A stretch of DNA of 64,000 nucleotides from a virus, in IMG/VR virus record IMGVR_UViG_3300034103_000398, positions 7,028 through 71,027 of that record; one strand, written 5' to 3'. The notes under the pieces were generated by a model. The model saw nothing but the letters and a program-made list of their open reading frames with translations. It had not been told where the DNA came from and ran no database searches. The position numbers and the translations under genes were made by a program. This document shows positions 9,914 to 18,441 of this stretch, piece after piece (within the stretch, counting starts at the first letter, position 1; each line of letters starts with the position of its first letter).

Positions 9914-9970
9914 CAGAATGTGTTTTGTTTTCAGATATTGGTTGAAATTTAAATTTGCTGTTAACATTCT
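9914..9970 (-). ncRNA. CAGCAA-stem RNA element 1 (leader of Ro-like gene)
   Basis: AGAATG-TTAACAGCAAA...CATTCTG, 3 nt upstream of the RBS. Confidence 0.7.
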
Positions 9971-9980
9971 ATGTCTCTAG

Positions 9981-10235
9981 CAGGATGAGCGTAACTGGTG
10001 TTTTTATTTTCTGGTCAGCCTTTCCCCTGTATATCGGTTCAGTTACCTTGACCCTATCAACGATTCACGTTGACTATCTAAACTTGTGTCTGCGTTAGAA
10101 ACATAGTATGTCTTTCCATGCTGTCGTCTATTCCTTCAATGTCTAGTTTCCTAGAACAGTATTTCTACTGTGTCCTGCAACCATCTTCTATAGCAGTTAG
10201 TTCAGATTTAATGTTTAATTTGCTGTAATCATCCT
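9981..10235 (-). ncRNA. CAGCAA-stem RNA element 2 (255 nt, multi-hairpin)
   Basis: AGGATGA-TTACAGCAAA...TCATCCTG; internal GAAA-tetraloop hairpins; no ORF. Confidence 0.75.
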
Positions 10236-10245
10236 AGAATACAAA

Positions 10246-10409
10246 CAGGTTAGTTGTTGACTGCTTTTATTTTACTCAGGCCATCACTCTGAGCTTGTTA
10301 GTCTATTTCAATAGCAACCTTCAACGTTCTCGGGAAAACCTCCGAACTCCAGTTGACTACCATAGGGTCTAACGATCCATAGTATTATGAATATTGCTGT
10401 ACCTAACCT
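10246..10409 (-). ncRNA. CAGCAA-stem RNA element 3 (164 nt)
   Basis: AGGTTAG-GTACAGCAAT...CTAACCTG; several internal hairpins. Confidence 0.75.
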
Positions 10410-10429
10410 TTTAATCATTCAATATATGT

Positions 10430-10458
10430 ATTATACATGTATTTCGAATTAATATCAA
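10430..10458 (-). promoter_or_regulatory. sigma70-type promoter of RNA3-RNA2-RNA1-Ro-like unit
   Basis: TTGATA-17-TATAAT. Confidence 0.75.
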
Positions 10459-10691
10459 TACTCTTTGGGTATCTTCTTTGTTGCTAATCGTTTTAAGTAG
10501 TCTCTGCCAACGAGACCCTTTTCGATTTCTTGTAGTGCGGTCACGATTGGACCTGCTTTGGTAACGAGTTTTGGTTGATGACCTCGTTTTAGTTCTCTGA
10601 CTCTGGCTGATGCAATCAAGACCAAATCGAACCTATTGCCTACCATGCTAACGGCATCCTCACTTGTGTATCTTGCTCTACTTTGTGTCAT
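10455..10691 (-). CDS. rpoZ: RNA polymerase omega subunit
   Basis: ARYTSEDAV..VGNRFDLVLIASARVREL...ALQEIEKG. Confidence 0.85.
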   Translation of the reverse strand: MTQSRARYTSEDAVSMVGNRFDLVLIASARVRELKRGHQPKLVTKAGPIVTALQEIEKGLVGRDYLKRLATKKIPKEY

Positions 10692-10706
10692 AGTTTCTTT
10701 CTTTGG

Positions 10707-11339
10707 TTAAAATGTGTTACTTTTTGGACTTAATAAAATATTTCCGGATATAGAAATTCTATAATCATCTGATGTAAAAAATGGATACACTATATGACTT
10801 AAATAACTAGGAAATATTATAATTTTACCTTCCCAAGACTTATCAATTTCTAATTTGTGTTGTGTTATTTCCCCGTTTAATTTTGAGAATATGAATTTAA
10901 ATCTAGAATTAGTTTTTATATTTGATCTTTTAGTATTGAACATATTATCTTCGTCCGCAAGTGAATACGGTATACGTGTCCAAGCTACCCAACTTAAATT
11001 AGCAGAATGCGTATGAATAGGATTATATTCATTTTTTTGTTGTATATTCAACCATGAATTCATGTCATGTATTTTCAATTCATTGAATACATTAAAATAC
11101 TTAGAATATTCAGAATACAATTCTGATAGAAAAATTTCAAAGTCTTTTGGTAAATCAAAACTATATTCTTTTTCTATTTGACCTGCCAACATTCTATTAA
11201 CCGCTCGTATTTTTTCTTTTATAGGAAACTTGAAAGTAGATTGTTTATCAACTTCTTTCTTTACATTTTCTAAAATATCAGAAGAAATTTCTGCTAATAG
11301 AATTCCCGGATTTGGTAATTTTAATTCTTCAAAATTCAT
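10707..11339 (-). CDS. 2OG-Fe(II) oxygenase-like protein
   Basis: YNPIHTH, FPSYLSHIVYPF, RISISGN. Confidence 0.75.
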   Translation of the reverse strand: MNFEELKLPNPGILLAEISSDILENVKKEVDKQSTFKFPIKEKIRAVNRMLAGQIEKEYSFDLPKDFEIFLSELYSEYSKYFNVFNELKIHDMNSWLNIQQKNEYNPIHTHSANLSWVAWTRIPYSLADEDNMFNTKRSNIKTNSRFKFIFSKLNGEITQHKLEIDKSWEGKIIIFPSYLSHIVYPFFTSDDYRISISGNILLSPKSNTF

Positions 11340-11352
11340 AATAGTACTTTAC

Positions 11353-11426
11353 TGGAGCGGGTACCGAGAATCGAACTCGGGCTCTAACCTTGGCAAGGTC
11401 ACAGGCTACCATTACATCATACCCGC
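11353..11426 (-). tRNA. tRNA-Gly(GCC)
   Basis: cloverleaf, loop TTGCCAA, CCA end. Confidence 0.92.
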
Positions 11427-11577
11427 AATTTTCGTTTCAACATGATGTAGTAGTATTTAATACCACGCCATGTTGGATACACATTAATTTCAATAATAGG
11501 AGTAACTTCTTTTGGAAAGTTTCCATAAGCACGATCAATAACATCTTTACTCTTGCTCATAATTACTCCTGTGTGTT

Positions 11578-11653
11578 TGGTACCTGGTGTCAGACTCGAA
11601 CTGACATCGTTCTCCGTGTAAAGGAGATGCATAACCTCTCTGCGCAACCAGGC
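11578..11653 (-). tRNA. tRNA-Val(TAC)
   Basis: loop TTTACAC, CCA. Confidence 0.9.
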
Positions 11654-12007
11654 TTAATTTTATTTAGCAACCTTGTGTGCTATCTTTAATTTCTTTTTGT
11701 TTTTCTACTTGTTCAAAAGCCTCATCTTCTAGCTTTTGATCTTCTTCATCTTTTAAGTCTCTACAAAAGATTGCGTCCCATCTTGTGTCGTATTCTTTTT
11801 GCGAGACACTATATGGTCTCGGACTAGAACCTTTGCTCACTTGGAATCCTTTCGTGAGCCTCGTGATTGTTCTTTTTCAATAACAACAAAGCTACGCAAG
11901 TATGCTCCACGAGCATGATTGTCCCGAATGGTTGACGCCATACGCTTTACTGTTTTGGACACCTTAACTGCCCTTGAATCATAACCTCTGCATGTCATAT
12001 TTTTTCC

Positions 12008-12784
12008 TTAAATAATTTTTTTGTATTTCAACCAAGGTAAAATTACCTTTTCTGTAAACTCATGATGCTGTCTAGAACTCGGGTGATCACCTTCGTGTAT
12101 ATCAGCAGTACCGTATACACTAGTATTTTCTACCCAACTGCCCATGCTTTTCACCGGCAAGAAATTAGTGAAGTCTATCATATCGTAGAGATGTTTGACT
12201 TCCTTGTGTTCTCTCCAAGGATTCTTAGTCAATACATAATCTTGATATGTACTAAAGAAATATCGTATATTATATTTCCCTAAGAACCACTGTATTCTTA
12301 ACATGTGTTCAAATGTACTTATAGTTGCGCCCACATCATCGTAAAAATATTTGTAGTACAACTTAGCTTCTTCATTTATTACCGGTGCTTTGATACTAGC
12401 CCAGTGATGATTTAATATCACCCAATTCTTTGTAGAACCTTTGACAAAGCCAGTTGGATTTTCCATCCACTGATTATCTACACCGTCAATGTTAAATTGA
12501 AGTAATGAAGGATCAGTGCATCGAAAATCGACACGATTAGGGCCTGACCACATTACACCAACTGTTATATCTTCTGGCTTATATTTTTTTAATGCCTCGG
12601 ATACAAAGTACATTACTTTTCTACTGATTAGACCATTACCTTGACTTCCTAATCCACCGCTCTTATGTTCAACATAAGAATGATTTTTTGAAAGTTCATC
12701 AAACAGATACATAGGCCATGTGTTAATGACTCCGCTAGTCGTTTCAGTAAAGCTACAGCCTGATGTTATTAGAATTTTAGACAT
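12008..12784 (-). CDS. hypothetical protein (SGNH-like)
   Basis: ITSGCSFT N-terminus and DHPS C-terminus. Confidence 0.55.
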   Translation of the reverse strand: MSKILITSGCSFTETTSGVINTWPMYLFDELSKNHSYVEHKSGGLGSQGNGLISRKVMYFVSEALKKYKPEDITVGVMWSGPNRVDFRCTDPSLLQFNIDGVDNQWMENPTGFVKGSTKNWVILNHHWASIKAPVINEEAKLYYKYFYDDVGATISTFEHMLRIQWFLGKYNIRYFFSTYQDYVLTKNPWREHKEVKHLYDMIDFTNFLPVKSMGSWVENTSVYGTADIHEGDHPSSRQHHEFTEKVILPWLKYKKII

Positions 12785-13887
12785 GCTTTTACTTTATCGT
12801 ATAATGAGTCGTGCGGAAAATTGATAACCAATTTTCTGTTGAACTTTTTAATATCAATATCATTGTTAGCCATTCTAGTTAAACTGTCTAATGGAATTTT
12901 CTTCAAATTGTTAACAACCTTTAGGTAGGCTCTCAATCTAATTTCATCATTATCTATCGAATCGTAGCTGTAGTCAATCCATTCTGGAAACTTAAATCCA
13001 TAATGTGTTCTTAAATTTTCTACAAATCCCACTGCACTGAATGGTAGTATAAAGTGCCCTTTTATAAGGGGTACAAATGTTTTTTCAGTGATTGCTCCTA
13101 CTTGATTCTGTTGATTATTAGAACCACCGATTGTTTCTACATAAACAGAAACTACACTGTCTTCATAGTACTTATTAGCAATTGGAATAAATCCAGCGCC
13201 GTCGTTAGAATAACAGTTTATAGTTTCAGTTTCTTCTGGATCTAGTAATACACCTCGTTGAAAGTCACTAAAGTAACATTCATCATCCGAAGTTATTTTT
13301 CTTAACTCCATTCTTGCATGTTCTTTGTACTCACCGGTATGAAATCTAACATTATTAGGTACAAGAAACTTTTTAGTAGGTCTAACTTCTTTTATAGTCT
13401 TTAATGCAAATGCTTTGCTACTAGAATTCTGTGTCCACAATCTACTCCACTGTAAATCGTAGTTTGAGTATTTGAAAAAATATGCCTTACACATATTAAA
13501 ATAGAAATCATAAAATATATGATTAGGATAATCAATTTTGTTATTTACTGTAACATGATATACATGATCTGATACTGATCTAAAAGGATCGATTGCCATG
13601 TCAGTTACATTAAATCCTTGACTTTCCGACACATGAGTATGTGCCATAATCAATATGCATTTACCTTTTGCTACTTCATTCAAGTATTGAACTTGTTCAT
13701 CTAATGATACATTGAAGTTAGAAGGAGCACCTAATTCAAACGGTGCTTTGATTATAGGTATTACATCAGCATCACGTATGTCATCAACAAATTCCCATTG
13801 ATCTTGTTCTAAGTGAAATGGTAAATCATTGTGTCTAACAAAACCCATCAAAATGTCTGCACTAGACTTAGTTATAAAAATTCTCAT
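12769..13887 (-). CDS. hypothetical protein (possibly glycosyltransferase-related)
   Basis: 372-aa ORF with VYVET...ITEKTF..P...F..WIDYSYD tail. Confidence 0.5.
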   Translation of the reverse strand: MRIFITKSSADILMGFVRHNDLPFHLEQDQWEFVDDIRDADVIPIIKAPFELGAPSNFNVSLDEQVQYLNEVAKGKCILIMAHTHVSESQGFNVTDMAIDPFRSVSDHVYHVTVNNKIDYPNHIFYDFYFNMCKAYFFKYSNYDLQWSRLWTQNSSSKAFALKTIKEVRPTKKFLVPNNVRFHTGEYKEHARMELRKITSDDECYFSDFQRGVLLDPEETETINCYSNDGAGFIPIANKYYEDSVVSVYVETIGGSNNQQNQVGAITEKTFVPLIKGHFILPFSAVGFVENLRTHYGFKFPEWIDYSYDSIDNDEIRLRAYLKVVNNLKKIPLDSLTRMANNDIDIKKFNRKLVINFPHDSLYDKVKACLKF

Positions 13888-13901
13888 CGTCTATTTATAG
13901 A

Positions 13902-13979
13902 TGGTCCGAGTGGTGGGATTCGAACTCACGACCCTCTGCTCCCAAAGCAGATGCGCTAACCAGACTGCGCTACACTCGG
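13902..13979 (-). tRNA. tRNA-Pro(TGG)
   Basis: loop TTTGGGA, CCA. Confidence 0.93.
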
Positions 13980-13985
13980 ATTGTT

Positions 13986-14059
13986 TGGATGCGGGTGACA
14001 GATTCGAACTGCCGATGCACCTGGCTTATGAGACCGGTGTGGTGACCACCCTACCCGCG
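13986..14059 (-). tRNA. atypical tRNA-Met(CAT), minimal D arm, C1:A72
   Basis: loop CTCATAA, T arm, CCA; D arm only GGTGGTCACC. Confidence 0.7.
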
Positions 14060-14066
14060 TAATTCT

Positions 14067-14140
14067 TGGTGGAGGATAACAGAATCGAACTGTTGCGAAA
14101 ACCTTGCAAAGGTCCCAGGCTACCATTACATCAATCCCCC
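14067..14140 (-). tRNA. tRNA-Ala(TGC)
   Basis: loop TTTGCAA, G3:U70, CCA. Confidence 0.9.
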
Positions 14141-14192
14141 AAGTTAACATACTACTTATCTCATTGTACTCCGTATGTAAGGGAGAGTTCTT

Positions 14193-14276
14193 TGGTGCGT
14201 CAGGTGAGACTCGAACTCACAATCCTTTCGGCGCTGGCTTCTAAGACCAGAGTGTATACCATTCCACCACTAACGC
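14193..14276 (-). tRNA. tRNA-Leu(TAG)
   Basis: loop CTTAGAA, long variable arm, CCA. Confidence 0.92.
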
Positions 14277-14287
14277 ATTAAATTTAT

Positions 14288-15574
14288 TTAGTATCTGTAT
14301 GTTTCTGATTTGTAAGGACCTTCTGTCGAAACTCCTATGTACTTAGCTTGTTCATCAGTTAATGTTGTTATTATAGCACCTAATTTATTTAAATGCAACC
14401 TTGCAACCTTCTCATCCAAGTGTTTTGGTAAAACGTACATCTGACCAACTTCATATTTTTCAGAATTTGTCCAGAGTTCAACCTGTGCAATCACTTGGTT
14501 AGTAAAGCTATTGCTCATTACAAAGCTTGGGTGACCAGTAGCACAACCTAAGTTGACCAATCGACCTTTTGCAAGAATGATAATCTTACGACCGTTGCTT
14601 AGGGTAACATGATCTACTTGTGGTTTGATTTCATCCCACTTAGCGTCAGCTAACCCTGCAATGTCAATCTCACTGTCAAAGTGACCAATGTTACATACGA
14701 TAGAATTTTCTTTCATCTGTAGCATATGATCTACAGTGATAACATTTACATTACCTGTAGCAGTTACAAAGATATCTGCTTCTCTACATGCTTGATCCAT
14801 TGACACGACACGAAAGCCTTCCATTGCGGCTTGTAATGCACAGATAGGATCAACCTCTGTAACCCAAACTTGGGCACTCAATGCACGTAATGCTTGCGCT
14901 GATCCTTTACCAACATCACCGAAGCCACAAACGACTGCAACTTTACCTGCAATCATAACGTCGGTTGCACGTTTAATCGAGTCAACTAGACTTTCACGAC
15001 AGCCATATAGGTTGTCAAACTTAGTTTTAGTCACGGAATCGTTTACATTGATAGCACGTAACTTAAATTTACCTTGTTCAATTGCTTCTTTAATACGATG
15101 AATACCCGTTGTTGTTTCTTCACTGACACCAACAATGCCAGCTAACAACTCAGGTTCTTTTTCATGTACATACCATGTCAAGTCATGACCATCGTCAAGC
15201 AACATGTTTGGAGTCCAATTATTAGGTCCACGTACAGTTTGTTCAATGCACCACCAGTATTCATCTTCAGTTTCGCCTTTCCAAGCAAATACAGGAATAC
15301 CTAAATCAGCAATAGCTGCCGCGGCGTGATCTTGTGTACTGTAGATGTTACAGCTAGACCAACGAACTTCGGCGCCAAGGTCAACTAGTGTCTTGACCAA
15401 AACGGCTGTTTGTATCGTCATGTGTAAGCTGCCTGCAATTCTTGCGCCACTGAGTGGTTTCTGTGACAAGTATTCGTCACGAATTGCCATCAATCCGGGC
15501 ATTTCACCCTCAGCAATTTCAATCTCTTTGTGGCCCCATTGAGCCAATGTTATATCTTTTACTTTGTAGTCCAT
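14288..15574 (-). CDS. ahcY: S-adenosylhomocysteine hydrolase
   Basis: [52 protein letters not shown]. Confidence 0.97.
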   Translation of the reverse strand: MDYKVKDITLAQWGHKEIEIAEGEMPGLMAIRDEYLSQKPLSGARIAGSLHMTIQTAVLVKTLVDLGAEVRWSSCNIYSTQDHAAAAIADLGIPVFAWKGETEDEYWWCIEQTVRGPNNWTPNMLLDDGHDLTWYVHEKEPELLAGIVGVSEETTTGIHRIKEAIEQGKFKLRAINVNDSVTKTKFDNLYGCRESLVDSIKRATDVMIAGKVAVVCGFGDVGKGSAQALRALSAQVWVTEVDPICALQAAMEGFRVVSMDQACREADIFVTATGNVNVITVDHMLQMKENSIVCNIGHFDSEIDIAGLADAKWDEIKPQVDHVTLSNGRKIIILAKGRLVNLGCATGHPSFVMSNSFTNQVIAQVELWTNSEKYEVGQMYVLPKHLDEKVARLHLNKLGAIITTLTDEQAKYIGVSTEGPYKSETYRY

Positions 15575-15592
15575 GTGTTCTTTCTGTATATT

Positions 15593-15666
15593 TGGAGCGG
15601 GGTACGAGGATCGAACTCGTCTTACTAGCTTGGAAGGCTAGAGCACAGCCACTATACCAACCCCGC
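15593..15666 (-). tRNA. tRNA-Gly(TCC)
   Basis: loop CTTCCAA, CCA. Confidence 0.92.
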
Positions 15667-16005
15667 ATAAATATACTTATGCACATTTATGACGCTATCA
15701 CAAAAACCGGACTAGTTATCCACTTATCTATGAGTGACGATCATACTTTTTATATTCTTGTTTTTGATGTTTATACCTTAAACTTAACGATGAAATTCTT
15801 CAACAACCTTGAAACCGCACTTGCGTTCATACATACATTATGATTAGTGCTGAAGAAAGTTACCGAATATTGTACGAAGGAATCAATTCGTTACCACCGT
15901 ATCAACCAACCAGTAGTTGGTGTTTACATGATGGCTTTAAACCTGATCTTTTCTTGAATAAGAAAAAAGAATTTGTACTGGATAAGTTTCTTCATCCAAA
16001 ATCTG

Positions 16006-16080
16006 TGGTAGAAGCGAGTGGATTCGAACCACCGACCTGCTCCGTATGAAGGAGATGCACTACCGCTGTGCTACGCTTCC
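16006..16080 (-). tRNA. tRNA with CAT anticodon (Met/Ile2) on a Val-like anticodon arm
   Basis: CTCC-TTCATAC-GGAG, CCA. Confidence 0.8.
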
Positions 16081-16081
16081 A

Positions 16082-16279
16082 TTAAACACTAACATCAACA
16101 TTAGACCCCTTCACTTTATCATCCATAGATCCATCTGATTTATAGAAATAAAAAGTTTGGGATTGACGTTCTACTATCTTAACATCGTTTCCGCTATCGT
16201 ACTTGTAGGTCTTATATGTGTCGATTGTTCGCACATTGCCACTCCAGCTTACTTGTGAGCTTATTTCAGATACTACCAT
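16082..16279 (-). CDS. hypothetical protein
   Basis: 65-aa ORF preceded by ATAAATA. Confidence 0.5.
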   Translation of the reverse strand: MVVSEISSQVSWSGNVRTIDTYKTYKYDSGNDVKIVERQSQTFYFYKSDGSMDDKVKGSNVDVSV

Positions 16280-16294
16280 CTTTTATTTATTGAA

Positions 16295-16504
16295 TTTGTA
16301 AGTCGTTGCGTCCCTCATATCGCAACCATTTTCCCTTGTAATAAAGCCGGCAGGGTCAAGATTCGTCACTTGGGCTTTGTCCAGACGATACTCCAACTGT
16401 ATTCCGATCTTCCGATCGGACGGGGATCGAACCCGCTACCTTCTACTGCTTCGGTAGTTCGAACATACCTAAACAGCGTGACTCCACTTGCTGACACTTA
16501 CAAA
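16295..16504 (-). ncRNA. YrlA-like RNA (CAGCAA variant) with permuted tRNA-like domain
   Basis: TTTGTAAGT-GTCAGCAA...ACTTACAAA closing stem; internal T arm GCGGGTTCGATCCCCGT, closed hairpin CCGATC-GGAA-GATCGG, D-like ATAC-AGTTGGA-GTAT. Confidence 0.7.
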
Positions 16505-16507
16505 ACT

Positions 16508-16591
16508 TGGCGTGTGTTACAGGATTCGAACCTGCATCCCGAGGTTTTTAGGCCCCGTGTGATGGTGCCCTATCATTTATACTAAACACAC
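16508..16591 (-). tRNA. atypical tRNA-like gene, 8-nt anticodon loop CCTAAAAA, enlarged D region
   Basis: acceptor GTGTGTT/AACACAC-GCCA and canonical T arm. Confidence 0.6.
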
Positions 16592-16597
16592 ATAACT

Positions 16598-16674
16598 TGG
16601 CGCACCGTAGGGGACTCGAACCCCTGGCCTCCGCCGTGACAGGGCGGCGTTATAACCAACTTAACTAACGGTGC
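16598..16674 (-). tRNA. tRNA-Asp(GTC)
   Basis: loop CTGTCAC, CCA. Confidence 0.93.
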
Positions 16675-16680
16675 TAAATT

Positions 16681-16855
16681 AGATGCTCTGCATCCCTCGG
16701 CGGTAATTATAGTACATCAGACCTTTGGAGTCATCACACGTACCTTCCACCCGCTTCCCGACAGGGACCGTTCTCGCATTGCTAGCGGCCTTTCGGTTCA
16801 AAGACTACCACCCGTACATATCACTGTACTTCCTATCCTGTGGGTCACAGTATCT
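16681..16855 (-). ncRNA. unassigned structured RNA with box C/D-type kink-turn
   Basis: GC-rich; GGTGGTAGT/ATTACCGCC helix, GTAC-GTGTGATGAC...GTCTGA-TGTAC. Confidence 0.55.
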
Positions 16856-16876
16856 GTTGATTAGACAGAACGTTCT

Positions 16877-16963
16877 TGGTGGAGACGACTGGAGTCGAAC
16901 CAGTAGTGCCTTTCGGGCGGCGGATTTACAGTCCACTGGGGTTACCAATTTTCCTACATCTCC
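16877..16963 (-). tRNA. tRNA-Tyr(GTA)
   Basis: loop CTGTAAA, variable arm, CCA. Confidence 0.92.
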
Positions 16964-16969
16964 AAGATT

Positions 16970-17044
16970 TGGAAGAGCTACGGGGAATCGAACCCCGCTT
17001 CTCAGGATGAAAACCTGATGTCCTAACCGATAGACGATAGCTCC
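16970..17044 (-). tRNA. tRNA-Glu(TTC)
   Basis: loop TTTTCAT, CCA. Confidence 0.9.
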
Positions 17045-17054
17045 ATAATTCTTC

Positions 17055-17154
17055 ATTTGTAAACACACTAGTGAAATCACACTACCCCAGTTTCACGCTG
17101 AGTTCCCAGTAGCTACAGAGGCATTGTCCTCCTGTGAATAATGTGCTCACAAAT
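17055..17154 (-). ncRNA. long-stem-closed RNA (family B)
   Basis: ATTTGTGAGCACATTA...TAGTGTGTTTACAAAT terminal helix. Confidence 0.5.
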
Positions 17155-17159
17155 AAAGA

Positions 17160-17239
17160 ATACACTAGCCGACCCCGGGATTTTAACCCAGTATTCATAT
17201 TAGTTTTGCACGAGTTTTTCGCTCGGTCAACTAGTGTAT
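17160..17239 (-). ncRNA. stem-closed RNA with T-arm-like hairpin
   Basis: ATACACTAGTTGACC/GGTCGGCTAGTGTAT; CTGGG-TTAAAAT-CCCGG. Confidence 0.5.
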
Positions 17240-17242
17240 CAA

Positions 17243-17358
17243 AATCATATAAAAACACACAAAAGCAATACTAACCTGCAATTCTAGCTCTTTCCACGTC
17301 TTACGGCAGATGCTCAACTTAGCTGGACTTTCAAACTAATATGCGTTTTTATATGATT
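17243..17358 (-). ncRNA. long-stem-closed RNA (family B)
   Basis: AATCATATAAAAACGCATA...TGTGTGTTTTTATATGATT. Confidence 0.5.
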
Positions 17359-17602
17359 CCTCGCTACATGTTCTTTCACAAGATTACGGACTGTTATCAC
17401 TCAGCATCATTATCGTGCTTTGTGTTGTCTTGCGAGGATATCACATTCTACAAATTTTTAATGAACAATGTTCAAAACATATCTGATAGGATGTACTTAG
17501 TACACATTACATGCTTAGGCCTCAAGGGCTTTCTCACAAACTTTCGTTCACCTCACTCCAAAGAGCTACCATTCTCATTATCGAGACAGAACCTATCAAT
17601 AT

Positions 17603-17689
17603 ATTTTTAAAGAACACTGTTGAAAAGTGCGATGACTTTCTCAACTCATGCTATGATTGTATCATAGTCACGATTTATTGTCAAATTTT
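17603..17689 (-). promoter_or_regulatory. promoter plus boxB-like hairpin plus boxA-like leader (copy 1)
   Basis: TTGACA-17-TACAAT (17656-17684), hairpin, TGTTCTTTAAAAAT; repeated at 19001-19087. Confidence 0.75.
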
Positions 17690-17693
17690 TGTT

Positions 17694-17768
17694 ACCATAT
17701 AGAAACACACTAGGCTACTTACCGATTTATCTCGGAATTCTTTTTCGCAAAATGTGTTTTTATATGGT
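17694..17768 (-). ncRNA. long-stem-closed RNA (family B) overlapping tRNA-Lys CCA end
   Basis: ACCATATAAAAACACATT...AGTGTGTTTCTATATGGT. Confidence 0.5.
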
Positions 17769-17842
17769 AGGGGCACAGGGATTCGAACCCTGACCTGGCA
17801 GATTAAAAGTCTGCTGTGCTAAACCGTTAACACTATACCCCC
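17765..17842 (-). tRNA. tRNA-Lys(TTT)
   Basis: loop CTTTTAA, CCA. Confidence 0.9.
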
Positions 17843-17845
17843 ATA

Positions 17846-17920
17846 TGGTCCCTCCGCTCAGAATCGAACTGAGTCTTCTCGGATTAAGAGTCCGGTATGC
17901 TACCGTAACATCTCGAAGGG
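17846..17920 (-). tRNA. tRNA-Lys(CTT)
   Basis: loop CTCTTAA, CCA. Confidence 0.88.
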
Positions 17921-17982
17921 ATGAATCGTAAATAATTTTCTTTTACGTGCCATCCCTGACCATACGGGGGTCAAGAATGACA

Positions 17983-18006
17983 CTATCGTTTACCTGAACG
18001 TTTCAT
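17983..18006 (-). CDS. minigene MKRSGKR
   Basis: AAGGAG RBS, own promoter, stop codon abuts a 15-bp hairpin. Confidence 0.5.
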   Translation of the reverse strand: MKRSGKR

Positions 18007-18035
18007 GTCGTTCTCCTTTTCTTTAACTTGTTGAT

Positions 18036-18064
18036 ATTATATGCTAAACAGGATTATTTGTCAA
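18036..18064 (-). promoter_or_regulatory. sigma70-type promoter
   Basis: TTGACA-17-TATAAT. Confidence 0.85.
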
Positions 18065-18079
18065 GCCTATACAAAAATT

Positions 18080-18287
18080 AGTTGTCTAGCTACTCACACC
18101 ACATGAGCCCTAAACTGAGCAGTTACTCTGTCCATGATATTTTCTTCTTCTGGAAAGGCTATCAATCCTCACCCTAGGTAGTTTTCAGTATCCCCCAACA
18201 GGGACTGTAAGGTCAGGTCCTAGTGTACCCCCTGGTCTATCGTTACAGGGACGCACTTTCATAACGTGAAAGTGTAAGCCGGGTGTT
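18080..18287 (-). ncRNA. unassigned structured RNA
   Basis: ORF-free, multiple hairpins (CACTTTCA/TGAAAGTG, CCCTG/CAGGG, CAGT-CCC/GGG-ACTG). Confidence 0.5.
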
Positions 18288-18364
18288 TGGTACCCCAACC
18301 TTGACTCGAACAAGGGACCCTCGCCTTATCAAGACGATGCTCTAACCAACTGAGCTATTGAGGC
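18288..18364 (-). tRNA. tRNA-Ile(GAT)
   Basis: loop TTGATAA, CCA. Confidence 0.92.
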
Positions 18365-18375
18365 ATAAACATAAT

Positions 18376-18436
18376 CAGGATGCATTTTTACGTTTTCAAT
18401 TAAAAGTTGAGTGTATAAATTTGCTGTTAGCATCCT
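18376..18436 (-). ncRNA. CAGCAA-stem RNA carrying Lys(UUU) anticodon loop
   Basis: AGGATGC-TAACAGCAAA...TCAA-CTTTTAA-TTGA...GCATCCTG. Confidence 0.75.
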
Positions 18437-18441
18437 TGTTC

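Noticed and set aside
9899-9967. N-terminal extension MLTANLNF... of the DUF2828 protein
   Set aside because: It overlaps the RNA element; the good RBS is in front of ATG 9898.
15679-16049. Plus-strand small ORFs between tRNA-Gly and the CAT tRNA
   Set aside because: Possibly real (ATAAATA upstream), but no recognisable motif and ends overlap tRNAs; not supportable.
18080-18287. RNase P RNA (normal or permuted)
   Set aside because: Only a 3'-segment look-alike; the GAGGAAAGTCC P4 partner is missing.
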